A stretch of DNA of 36,548 bases, taken from positions 1-36,548 of the forward strand of contig CALVXQ010000002.1 of NCBI GenBank assembly GCA_944371435.1, given 5' to 3'. Below, one piece after another: positions 10,265 to 18,686 of the stretch. Origin of the DNA: an uncultured Bacilli bacterium (GTDB lineage Bacteria; Bacillota_I; Bacilli_A; RF39; UBA660). The position numbers and the translations under genes were made by a program. Position 1 is the first letter of the stretch; every line of letters starts with the position of its first letter. Under the pieces are notes generated by a model. It had not been told where the DNA came from and did no database searches. It worked only from the letters and a program-made list of their open reading frames with translations.

Positions 10265-11232
10265 TAAGTAACAGAGTTCAAAGTATATTAGCATTTACTT
10301 TATCTAGGTGTTTATACTTTGGTTTAGGAATATCATTTATAATAAATAAAAGTAACAATATATCAATAATTACTACTCTTATAGGTTTTATCTTAGGTTA
10401 TATATTATTATACTTTCTAACTAAAAAGAATTTTTATAATTTTTTTAAAACTATTCCTGGTAAAATAATAATTAGTATCCTAGCTTTATATATTGTTAAT
10501 TATTGTGCAATTGCTTTTAATATCTTATCTAGTAATTTTTATTTAGTAAATACACCTAGTATTTTAATAATTCTTCCTTTTTTCATTTTAATTTGGTATG
10601 GAGTTAAATGTGGCCTACCTACTATTAGTAGATTAAGTGAAATTTTAATAATAATAAGTATTACTATTATCACTATACTTTTAATAACATTCTTACCTAA
10701 TATTAATATTAATAATTTCTTTCCTATTATTTTAAAAGAAAATAATTTTATATTATCAATAATATCTACTACAGCATTTAGTACAACACCAATAATCATT
10801 CTTTTATCTTTATTAAAAGAATATAATTCAAAATCTATTTTAAAAGGTTATACATTTGGTTGTATATCAATCTTTCTAGCATTAATAAGTATAATTGGTA
10901 TATTTGGTTCTAATCTAGCAAACATGTATCGTTACCCAGAATATAAATTACTACAACAAGTTACTTTATTTGATTTTTTAGAAAATCAAGAGAATTTCTT
11001 TGCAGTAATATGGTTCATTGATTTATTAATGACTGCTTTAATATCTAGTTATGCAATTAAAGTAGCTACTAAAGATAAATTTAAGTATATATGTATTATA
11101 TTTGTTCTAATAAATTATTTCTTCTTCACTAATAATTATCAAAACTCTTTATTTATATATAATAATACTAATATAATTCTTTTAATATTTTTAATAATTT
11201 CCATCTTTATAAAAAAACAAAAAACTAATTAA
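10261..11232 (+). CDS. Spore germination receptor subunit B (GerAB-type permease)
   Basis: 323 aa with about 10 TM helices. Translationally coupled (ATGA overlap) to the C subunit. Confidence 0.75.
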   Translation: MISNRVQSILAFTLSRCLYFGLGISFIINKSNNISIITTLIGFILGYILLYFLTKKNFYNFFKTIPGKIIISILALYIVNYCAIAFNILSSNFYLVNTPSILIILPFFILIWYGVKCGLPTISRLSEILIIISITIITILLITFLPNININNFFPIILKENNFILSIISTTAFSTTPIIILLSLLKEYNSKSILKGYTFGCISIFLALISIIGIFGSNLANMYRYPEYKLLQQVTLFDFLENQENFFAVIWFIDLLMTALISSYAIKVATKDKFKYICIIFVLINYFFFTNNYQNSLFIYNNTNIILLIFLIISIFIKKQKTN

Positions 11233-11243
11233 CTACCCTAACT

Positions 11244-11268
11244 AAGTAATTTTTCAATTACTTTTTTC
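11244..11268 (+). terminator. Terminator after the ger operon
   Basis: aagtaatt-tttc-aattactt stem followed by a T-run. Confidence 0.6.
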
Positions 11269-11270
11269 TT

Positions 11271-11357
11271 TTGATTACCGGACGCAATCCAGTCAGTAGC
11301 CCAATAATTACCATTTTGGTGAGTATTAGTTAATCGATTCATATATCCGTTGGCAAA
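11271..11357 (-). pseudogene. GC-rich gene relic, copy 3 of 3 (internally deleted)
   Basis: The reverse complement reads tttgccaacggatatatgaatcgattaactaatactcaccaaaatggtaattattgggct..gcgtccggtaatcaa. It has the 5' 60 nt of copy 2 and the 3' 15 nt of copy 1, with about 90 nt missing between them. Confidence 0.45.
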
Positions 11358-11485
11358 TAAAAAGTAGTAATCTTAGACAGTTCCTACCATTTAGTGATTA
11401 TAAAAAGAGAATAATCTTAGCTATCCTCTTGTAATTTTTTTAATTTATTAATTTGTCTATTTAGTAATGTACATAATAAATTAAT

Positions 11486-11880
11486 TCATTTATCAGACAA
11501 GTGAGTAATTTCTTGATAATTATGAAGCAATCTATCAAATTCTTCTACAATATTATCTAGTTTACTAATATTTAACCTTTTAAAATCGCTTACATTTTTT
11601 ATTATATTATCAAACTTATCTACATTATAAAAAAATCTTTCTTCTCCCGAAATAATTATTTTATTATCATTATAATAAGGTATGGTTAAAAATTGACCAT
11701 TGTCAAATATAGGAGCAACACATTTCTACATAATGACATGCAAAAATAGAACATCATTTAAAGATGCTCTATAATCAATTTATACTTTTTAATTTTCCAT
11801 AACCATTTTTCCAGTTAAGTTCAATTTCATCGAAAATTTTTATTACCACATCCGGTACATATTAATAGTACTTTACTTAT
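11486..11880 (-). pseudogene. Multi-frameshifted gene relic downstream of frr (possibly HipA-like kinase C-terminus; tentative)
   Basis: Minus-strand fragments in three frames: ..KVLLICTGCGNKNFR* / DEIELNWKNGYGKLKSIN* / IDYRASLNDVLFLHVIM* / KCVAPIFDNGQFLTIPYYNDN...LLHNYQEITHLSDK*. No start codon. The APIFDNG segment resembles HipA-like C-terminal domains. Confidence 0.3.
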
Positions 11881-11906
11881 ATATGCCCCTTCTTTAATAT
11901 AAGATA

Positions 11907-12443
11907 TTATATTTCCATTAACTCTTGTTCTTTACTATCTTGTTTTTTATCTATTAAGGAAATATATTTATTTACTAATTCTTGAATATCTTCTAAACGT
12001 TTTTTCTCTTCATCTTCTGGTAGTTTAGCTTTCTTTACTTCATTATTAGCATCTTGTCTAATATTTCTTATTGCTACTTTGGCTTCTTCTGCTAAAGCTT
12101 TAGCCTGCTTAACATAATTTTTTCTTGTTTCTTCCGTTAAAGCAGGAACAGTTAGTATTATCATTTCCCCATTATTAGTTGGATTAATACCAATATTAGC
12201 TTCATTAATAGCATGTTCAATATCTTTTAAACTATTTCTATCAAAAGGCTTAATAAATAATTGTCTTGCTTCTGGTACTGTTATATTAGCAATACTATTA
12301 ATAGGAGTTGGTACCCCATAAAAATCAACCATAATTCCATTTAACATAGAAGGATTAGCCCTACCTGCTCTTATATTCAAATATTTAGCATCTAAGGCTT
12401 CCAATGATTTCATCATCTTTAATTCTATTTCATCTATATCCAT
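11907..12443 (-). CDS. frr: Ribosome recycling factor
   Basis: RAGRANPSMLNGIMVDFYGVPTPINSIANITVPEARQL and LTEETRKNYVKQAKALAEEAKVAIRNIRQDAN match Frr. The ATG at 12443 has better spacing to AAGGAGA than the track start at 12449. Confidence 0.92.
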   Translation of the reverse strand: MDIDEIELKMMKSLEALDAKYLNIRAGRANPSMLNGIMVDFYGVPTPINSIANITVPEARQLFIKPFDRNSLKDIEHAINEANIGINPTNNGEMIILTVPALTEETRKNYVKQAKALAEEAKVAIRNIRQDANNEVKKAKLPEDEEKKRLEDIQELVNKYISLIDKKQDSKEQELMEI

Positions 12444-12456
12444 AAACATTTCTCCT

Positions 12457-13194
12457 TTAATTAAAACTTATAACTTCATTATATTGTACTTCACCCATGT
12501 TGACAAGAATTTTCACCATTAATTCCCCATATTGATTATAAAATAAATCATAACCATTATTAATTGTACCATCAACATCAATACCAGTATCAGTAGCTAA
12601 GTAAGTACTTATTCGATTAGTAATATCTTCATTAGTAATATTTTCATTATTTAAAATTGTTTCATTATCAAGTAATTTACCAGTATATTTATTAAATACA
12701 TAGTATTCTAAATCACTAATATCATCTTCTAAAGTAGCATAATAAGTATAATTATTAGCTAAAATTGTTAAATAAGTAGTACTATTATAAATAGTATAAT
12801 CTAATATCTCAGCTTCTAGGATATCATCATAATCCATAATAATATCTTCACTAGGCACATCACTTTCACTAATTAAAGTGTAACTTCCCCTAATATTAGC
12901 CATTTTAGCATTTAATTCTTCTTCTACTTTTCTAGCATCTTCACTATCTAAGTTAATATGAATATCTCGATAAATTAAATTAGCATCTTCACTAATCGTA
13001 GTAATATTATCGTAATATACTATATCTTTATTTTCATCAACATATAGTACCTTTTGTTCTTCTGGAGTATCTACTTGTTTTTTATCATTTAATAGTTTTA
13101 AACCAACATTACCAATAAATATTAATAAAATAATAAATAAGATAAATCCTACTACACAAAGGCTATTTTTCTCAAACTTGTTCACTAAACCCAT
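12457..13194 (-). CDS. Membrane-anchored hypothetical protein
   Basis: 245 aa with a single N-terminal TM helix and an acidic extracytoplasmic domain. Confidence 0.55.
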   Translation of the reverse strand: MGLVNKFEKNSLCVVGFILFIILLIFIGNVGLKLLNDKKQVDTPEEQKVLYVDENKDIVYYDNITTISEDANLIYRDIHINLDSEDARKVEEELNAKMANIRGSYTLISESDVPSEDIIMDYDDILEAEILDYTIYNSTTYLTILANNYTYYATLEDDISDLEYYVFNKYTGKLLDNETILNNENITNEDITNRISTYLATDTGIDVDGTINNGYDLFYNQYGELMVKILVNMGEVQYNEVISFN

Positions 13195-13762
13195 CCATTT
13201 CTAAATTATAAGCAATTCTATCTTGAAAATCATTAATTTTTTCTTCACTCCAATAGATATTAGGACTAGTATTATAACTAGTTAAAGCAGTTTCATCATC
13301 AAAGAATATAACATTACCATCCTTAATAAATATTAAAGCAGGAGTAAATAAATATTCAACACCTTGATCAGTTACTTTTAAATATTCACTCAATATACCT
13401 TCTAACTCTTTAAAATATTTAGTTCCTTTAGTCCGATCTTCTTGAACATCATAATAATAAACAGTAGATAAATTATGTTCTTTAAATACAGGATAGATAT
13501 ATTTTACATATTGTTGCATCCAATCATTTGAAGAAAAACCAATTAAAACAATAGCCTCCTCATCATTATTTATTAAATCTAATAAGCGAATAACATCAAT
13601 ATACCTGAACATATTATCAGTAGGTATTTCAGGATATTCAGCACTAAATAGTTCAGCATCCGTTTTTTTATTACCATAATCCTTTTTACCTAGATATACA
13701 AACATACCAATTAATATAGTAAAAATTATTAAATAAATAAAAGTTCTTAAAGTTTTATTCAT
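13172..13762 (-). CDS. Membrane-anchored thioredoxin-fold-like protein lacking the CxxC motif
   Basis: 196 aa with an N-terminal TM. AIVLIGFSSNDWMQQYV aligns with VLYIGRSTCGACVSFLP of the 18687-19253 paralogue, with the cysteines replaced. Confidence 0.45.
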   Translation of the reverse strand: MNKTLRTFIYLIIFTILIGMFVYLGKKDYGNKKTDAELFSAEYPEIPTDNMFRYIDVIRLLDLINNDEEAIVLIGFSSNDWMQQYVKYIYPVFKEHNLSTVYYYDVQEDRTKGTKYFKELEGILSEYLKVTDQGVEYLFTPALIFIKDGNVIFFDDETALTSYNTSPNIYWSEEKINDFQDRIAYNLEMDGFSEQV

Positions 13763-13846
13763 TCTACCACTCCTTAATTAACTATATTATATCTTAATTT
13801 TTCTCTTTATAATTATTAATCATTAATTTACTAGTCAATATTTTGT

Positions 13847-14074
13847 CTATTTCTTAGCTAATTTCTTTTCGCCAATTAAATTTAGAACAACTCCCACTAT
13901 TGCTACTATAAAACTAAGAATAAGTCCTACAGCTTTAACAGTCAAATCACTCACAAAAACTGTTAATATTACTATAGCTATTAATGCTACTGTTGATGCT
14001 ATAGAACCTCCTAAAACAAGTTTAGAAGACTTACTCATACTATTATTTTTATTTTTTCTCTTTATCTTACTCAT
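13847..14074 (-). CDS. Small membrane protein
   Basis: 75 aa with a basic N-terminus and two hydrophobic helices. Confidence 0.5.
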   Translation of the reverse strand: MSKIKRKNKNNSMSKSSKLVLGGSIASTVALIAIVILTVFVSDLTVKAVGLILSFIVAIVGVVLNLIGEKKLAKK

Positions 14075-14088
14075 ATTCTAACCCTTTC

Positions 14089-14712
14089 TTATTCATCTAA
14101 ATATAAAGATTCGATAATAAAATCTCCAACTTTTTGCCATTCATCTTGTAACTGTTCAGTACAATTAAAAGATACTAATACTAACTTATTATTATAAGAA
14201 AAATAAATAGTATTATTATATATCTTACTATCTACAGAATTACTCATATATTTTATATTACCAACATTATGATTATCAACTTCATAATAATCACTATATA
14301 TAATTCTACTATTATCTGCCAAAATAGTAAGCATTTCATCGAAATAATCTTTTATTTGTTCATTATTCATTTCATCATCAGTCATATTAATTAAAACGTT
14401 TATAGTTACATCATCATTAGAATAAACAACTTGTGGAAGATTTCCATAATAATTATCAGCAATAATATCGTCATCTAGTTCTGTAAAAGTAGTAGGTATT
14501 TTAATAAAGAAGTTTTCTTCCGGAATATTTTTATATTCAGTTACTATATTTTCCCCACTTACCGTTGTAATTTCCAGAGTATTTATCTTTTCTAATCTTT
14601 CTTCTAGTTCTTTTTTAGTCTTATAATTATTAATTAGAATAATAGTAACAATAATAATTACTAAAATTATTATACTTATTAATATAATCTTTAACTTCTT
14701 ATTACCTTTCAT
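14089..14712 (-). CDS. Membrane-anchored hypothetical protein
   Basis: 207 aa with an N-terminal TM helix and an acidic C-terminal domain. Confidence 0.55.
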   Translation of the reverse strand: MKGNKKLKIILISIIILVIIIVTIILINNYKTKKELEERLEKINTLEITTVSGENIVTEYKNIPEENFFIKIPTTFTELDDDIIADNYYGNLPQVVYSNDDVTINVLINMTDDEMNNEQIKDYFDEMLTILADNSRIIYSDYYEVDNHNVGNIKYMSNSVDSKIYNNTIYFSYNNKLVLVSFNCTEQLQDEWQKVGDFIIESLYLDE

Positions 14713-14791
14713 AAATATTACTCCTAAATAATCAATATAATTGTATCATTTATAAGTTAAGATGTAAATTGATGAAAGATATTTTATTTTT

Positions 14792-14825
14792 AAAAAAAAC
14801 TTACAAACTGCAAATAGTCTGTAAG
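14792..14825 (-). terminator. Terminator of tRNA-Arg
   Basis: On the minus strand: cttacagac-tatttgca-gtttgtaag (9-bp stem with one G-U) followed by T8. Confidence 0.7.
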
Positions 14826-14837
14826 TTAAATTCTTCA

Positions 14838-14914
14838 TGGTGCGCCCAAAGGGAGTCGAACCCCTAACCTTTAGATCCGTAGTCTAACGCTCTATCCAAT
14901 TGCGCTATGGGTGC
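14838..14914 (-). tRNA. tRNA-Arg (anticodon ACG), CCA encoded
   Basis: 77-nt hand-folded cloverleaf: GCACCCA-TA-GCGC-AATTGGATA-GAGC-G-TTAGA-CTACGGA-TCTAA-AGGTT-AGGGG-TTCGACT-CCCTT-TGGGCGC-A-CCA. Contains an A3-C70 mismatch and a G12-A23 mismatch. Confidence 0.85.
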
Positions 14915-14976
14915 ATCTCAATTGCAATTTAATTATATAAGCTTTTTAATTAAATTGCAAGCTTTTTATTAAGTAA

Positions 14977-15768
14977 CTAACTAAAGCTTATATCAACGTT
15001 ACCTACTCCTGTTTCTAAATAGATACTATTTGCCCCACTACCATAAGTTCGGTCTTCAAACTTATTACCAGCTATTAAAACATTACCTAATCCCTTATCA
15101 ACACGGAACTGATAAGATTCTTCACCACCTAATAAATTTAGATAAACATTACCGATTCCCGTTTCGATAGAACTTTTTCCCGTAATTTGACCTTGCCAAT
15201 TTACTTCACCAACACCAGTTTCTAAATCTAAATCATTAAAATTAGCACCGGTAACATCAACTCTACCTACTCCTGTTGATATATTAGCTTTCAAAGCCTC
15301 AACATTATTTAGATTCGTATCAGTATTATTCGTATCTAAGTCTAACTTTTTAACCTGAATATTATCAATAGTTAATTTTCCAGCATCAATATCAATATCT
15401 AAATTATCTAAGTAATTAGGAACATAAATAGTAACTCTACTCTCTGTTTTATTCCAAAACCAAAAATTTTCTTCTTTAATATATAACTTATTATTAGTTG
15501 TATACGTTTTAAAATTATCCGAAACATCAAATGTTTCTATTTTAAATTCTGAACCATTTTTAATTTCTAAAGTAGCATTATCTAAATCAATTTCTAAATC
15601 AACAATCTGTTGATAAGACTCATTATAACTATTATTATAATTATTATCATTATTATTACGAGGAACAAATAAAAGTAATAAAGATATTATGGCACTAAAT
15701 ATCATTAATATTATAAATACCGCTAAAGCTATTGCTCCATACTTAATTCCTTTTTGCCAACTTGTCAT
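14977..15768 (-). CDS. DUF4097/LiaG-like beta-helix protein (putative adhesin domain), membrane anchored
   Basis: 263 aa with an N-terminal TM. Five (E/S)TG(V/I)GxV repeats (STGVGRVDV, ETGVGEVNW, ETGIGNVYL, DKGLGNVLI, ETGVGNVDI). Confidence 0.65.
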   Translation of the reverse strand: MTSWQKGIKYGAIALAVFIILMIFSAIISLLLLFVPRNNNDNNYNNSYNESYQQIVDLEIDLDNATLEIKNGSEFKIETFDVSDNFKTYTTNNKLYIKEENFWFWNKTESRVTIYVPNYLDNLDIDIDAGKLTIDNIQVKKLDLDTNNTDTNLNNVEALKANISTGVGRVDVTGANFNDLDLETGVGEVNWQGQITGKSSIETGIGNVYLNLLGGEESYQFRVDKGLGNVLIAGNKFEDRTYGSGANSIYLETGVGNVDISFS

Positions 15769-16439
15769 TTTATATCAACACTCCCAAATAATGCTACAGC
15801 ATCAATATAGATTACTTTCTTACCATCATTATGACGGCAATTATTACTAACTCCTCCAAATATTGGTAAAGATTTTACTTTAACAACTACATCTTTAGGC
15901 ACAATAATTGTTAACTCCCCGAAAATAGCACTAGCTTTAATAAGTGATTCATCTTTTATCTCACAGTCATGTAAATCTAAAGTTAATCCCCCAAATATAG
16001 CATCCGCATTTACTTGCTTAAACTTTTCTTCAATCACAATATTTTGATTAGAAAAAGTAGAACAATACTCATCTTTCTTCTCGGTATTAAAGCTTTTAAT
16101 CTTAGTATTTAACTCATTTTTAATAACATTACCAAAAATTAAATATATACCACTAACTAAGAAAACAACAGGAATAAATAATTTTATTACTAATTCCATA
16201 TTTAATATACCTTGCATTAGTAATAGCAAAACAATTCCTACTATTAACCAAATAAGAGAACTAAATTTACCTTCTTTATTAGGATTAAATAGATTAATTA
16301 AAGAAGGAATAATAATTAATAAAGTCCACCACCCATTAAAGAAAATATTAATATTAGTAATATCTAAAGCATTTAGTAAAAATATAACTCCTAAAATAAT
16401 TAAAACTATTCCCCATAACTTACGACTAACTTTATTCAT
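15765..16439 (-). CDS. LiaF-like cell-wall-stress response membrane protein
   Basis: 224 aa with 4 N-terminal TM helices. The C-terminal domain has repeated IFGG motifs (AIFGGLTLDL, AIFGELTIIVP, PIFGGVSN, ALFGSVDIK). ATGA overlap with the downstream gene. Confidence 0.65.
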   Translation of the reverse strand: MNKVSRKLWGIVLIILGVIFLLNALDITNINIFFNGWWTLLIIIPSLINLFNPNKEGKFSSLIWLIVGIVLLLLMQGILNMELVIKLFIPVVFLVSGIYLIFGNVIKNELNTKIKSFNTEKKDEYCSTFSNQNIVIEEKFKQVNADAIFGGLTLDLHDCEIKDESLIKASAIFGELTIIVPKDVVVKVKSLPIFGGVSNNCRHNDGKKVIYIDAVALFGSVDIK

Positions 16440-16461
16440 AATACCTCGCTATCTAATAAAA

Positions 16462-17229
16462 TTATATCTTATTTAACGTATTTAAACAACTATTTAATAC
16501 TTTTAAGTCTTCATTACTTATAATTTCAAACTTAGTTTCTAAAATATCTTCTGGTATATTTAATTTACTTATCATATTCTTAGCTTCTTTTTGCGTTAAA
16601 TTATATACTTTAATTAGTGCTTCTTTTAAACTATTTTTTATTTTTTTATCTTGATAATAATATAAAAGATTATAAAGTTTATAAATATTACTTAAACTAT
16701 TAAAAGTCTTTTTTTCTAATTTAACAATATAAGATAAAGTGTGTGGTTTAATATCAAAACTACTAGGTAATACTTCCAATAACTTAGTTAAAGTAAAATA
16801 ACTATTAGTAATTATACTTAATCTATTAATATTATAATTTAAAACTTCATCAACATAATTACTTCCCATTAACATATATAATTCTTTAAAATCAGTATTT
16901 ATTAACTTTTTAATAAATGGTTCAATTATATTATATGGTAAAGATGTTACAATCTTATCACAAGCCGGAATATCAACATTTAAGACATTATCATATATTA
17001 CTGTTATATTATTTATTTTATCTAAATACCCTTTTAATCTTTTATCAATTTCTATTACATATAACTTTTTAGCTATATCTTTTAAGTATTTAGTTAACAC
17101 CCCTTTTCCTGCTCCTATTTCAACTACGACATCACTAGGTTTTATATTTAATAAACTAATATATTTATTAATAATATCTTGATCAGTTAAAAAATGTTGA
17201 TTATAATTTATAACATTATTCTTAAACAT
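16462..17229 (-). CDS. rRNA adenine N6-methyltransferase family protein (Erm/KsgA-like)
   Basis: 255 aa with QHFLTD, the SAM motif VVEIGAGKGVLT (GxGKG as in Erm), SLPYNI in place of N(I/L)PY, and FDIKPHTLSYIVKLEKK (compare FHPKPKVNS of Erm). Confidence 0.7.
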   Translation of the reverse strand: MFKNNVINYNQHFLTDQDIINKYISLLNIKPSDVVVEIGAGKGVLTKYLKDIAKKLYVIEIDKRLKGYLDKINNITVIYDNVLNVDIPACDKIVTSLPYNIIEPFIKKLINTDFKELYMLMGSNYVDEVLNYNINRLSIITNSYFTLTKLLEVLPSSFDIKPHTLSYIVKLEKKTFNSLSNIYKLYNLLYYYQDKKIKNSLKEALIKVYNLTQKEAKNMISKLNIPEDILETKFEIISNEDLKVLNSCLNTLNKI

Positions 17230-17249
17230 AGATACCTCTTCAAATCATA

Positions 17250-17609
17250 TTATACAACACTTAATCCCGTATTACCATAAATATCATCAATCATAATATT
17301 AACTATTACTATATCTTGTTCTTCATTAATTGTAGCACTACCGACAGCAACAAGATTAATTACTTCATTATTAAATAAAGTATTATTATTAAAACAGATA
17401 TCGATTGCAACATTATTATTACTCTTTAAAATACTAATTAACTTAGAATTCTTTTTTAATTTAAAAGATAAAGTAACATAGCCATTAAAATAATCTAAAT
17501 CATATTTTATTAAATAAGTAAATGGTTCATTATTTAAACAAACAGCTAAGATACCAAATCTATTTTTTTCTAAGTAGTAAAGACACTCTTTTTTCTTAAG
17601 TTTACTCAT
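17250..17609 (-). CDS. Small protein, possibly pyridoxamine 5'-phosphate oxidase-like split-barrel family
   Basis: 119 aa. KECLYYLEKNRFGILAVCLNNEPFTYLI resembles the N-terminus of the Pyridox_ox_2 family. Weak. Confidence 0.35.
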   Translation of the reverse strand: MSKLKKKECLYYLEKNRFGILAVCLNNEPFTYLIKYDLDYFNGYVTLSFKLKKNSKLISILKSNNNVAIDICFNNNTLFNNEVINLVAVGSATINEEQDIVIVNIMIDDIYGNTGLSVV

Positions 17610-17639
17610 AATACCCCCTTTTTAAAATATATGTTTAAA

Positions 17640-17671
17640 TAAAAAAAATACCCAGCTTTAAAACTGGATAT
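17640..17671 (-). terminator. Terminator of hsp20
   Basis: On the minus strand: atatccag-ttttaaag-ctgggtat followed by T8. Confidence 0.7.
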
Positions 17672-17680
17672 TTTACTAAA

Positions 17681-18073
17681 TTATTTAATTTCGATATATT
17701 TTTTATCTTTATTCTTTTCTTTCTTAGCAACTACAATATGAAGAATACCATCTTTAAATGATGCTTCGATACTATTTTCATCAACATCATCTAAATAGAA
17801 TCTTCTGCTAATCTTTTGATAATTTCTTTCCTTACGAATATACTTCTTATTAGAATTATCATCTTTCTTTTCACTCTTAGCTGTAATTGTTAAGTAATTA
17901 TTATCGAAATTAACTTTTATATTTTCTTTCTTAAAACCAGGTACATCCATTTCGATGTGGTATTTGTCATCTTCTTCATAAATATCGCATTTCATAGATG
18001 GTGTCCTATCAAACATCATACTATCTAAATCGAATAAATCGTCAAAATAATCTTTTCTTGGAATTAGTTCCAT
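17681..18073 (-). CDS. hsp20: Hsp20/alpha-crystallin small heat-shock protein
   Basis: MKCDIYEEDDKYHIEMDVPGFKKENIKVNFDNNYLTITA...FKDGILHIVV. The ATG at 18073 lies behind AGAGGAGAG. The track start at 18082 is a GTG in the RBS region. Confidence 0.9.
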   Translation of the reverse strand: MELIPRKDYFDDLFDLDSMMFDRTPSMKCDIYEEDDKYHIEMDVPGFKKENIKVNFDNNYLTITAKSEKKDDNSNKKYIRKERNYQKISRRFYLDDVDENSIEASFKDGILHIVVAKKEKNKDKKYIEIK

Positions 18074-18102
18074 ATTTATCACTCTCCTCTTTTGACATTA
18101 TA

Positions 18103-18131
18103 AATATAACACCATTATTAGCACTTGTCAA
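18103..18131 (-). promoter_or_regulatory. SigA-type promoter of hsp20
   Basis: On the minus strand: TTGACA (18131-18126), 17-nt spacer, TATATT (18108-18103). Confidence 0.6.
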
Positions 18132-18144
18132 TAGCAAGTGCTAA
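18118..18144. promoter_or_regulatory. CIRCE (HrcA operator) inverted repeat
   Basis: TTAGCACTT-N9-AAGTGCTAA versus consensus TTAGCACTC-N9-GAGTGCTAA. Perfect 9-bp arms that overlap the -35 box. Confidence 0.8.
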
Positions 18145-18204
18145 TTTTTTTAAATTTTTTTTAATATTTTAAAAATAATGATATACTGATAATAGAGGTG
18201 CACA

Positions 18205-18666
18205 ATGAATACAAAATATACGTTTAAATATAAAAATAATACTTTATTCAAATACCCCCTAATTTTATTTATAATTGTCTATATAATAGGTTCGATACTA
18301 ATAAATAGATATATCCTCATTAATAGTAATAAACTAATTTTCATGTTACTATATCTGTTAATCCTTATCTTATGGATGTTACAAATTAAAAAAAGATTAG
18401 ATATAACCTATGGCGAATTTGTCTTTAATCAAGATGAACTAAGTTATACTACCTTAAATAAAACATATTATATAAATTATAATGAAATTCTTAGTATTGA
18501 AAAAAGAAATTATATTGAAAATACTAATATTATCTCTTATCAATCTTATGAATATATAATTAAGATTAAGAATGCTGGTCAATTTACTTTTAAATATCAT
18601 GATAATTCTTTAGATATTGCTATTAAAGCTTTAGCAGATAAATTAAATATGGAAATTAATGAATAA
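18205..18666 (+). CDS. Hypothetical membrane protein
   Basis: 153 aa with two TM helices and a soluble C-terminal domain. AGAGGTG RBS. Confidence 0.55.
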   Translation: MNTKYTFKYKNNTLFKYPLILFIIVYIIGSILINRYILINSNKLIFMLLYLLILILWMLQIKKRLDITYGEFVFNQDELSYTTLNKTYYINYNEILSIEKRNYIENTNIISYQSYEYIIKIKNAGQFTFKYHDNSLDIAIKALADKLNMEINE

Positions 18667-18686
18667 AAAAAAGTAACCATAAAAGA

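Noticed and set aside
11461-11500. Possible dif/Xer site at the convergence point of plus- and minus-strand gene runs. The reverse complement contains TTATGTACATT, 9/11 to the B. subtilis XerD arm.
   Set aside because: The adjacent 6-nt spacer and the XerC-arm position (ATAAATGAATT) do not resemble any dif consensus. A single half-site in AT-rich DNA is expected by chance.
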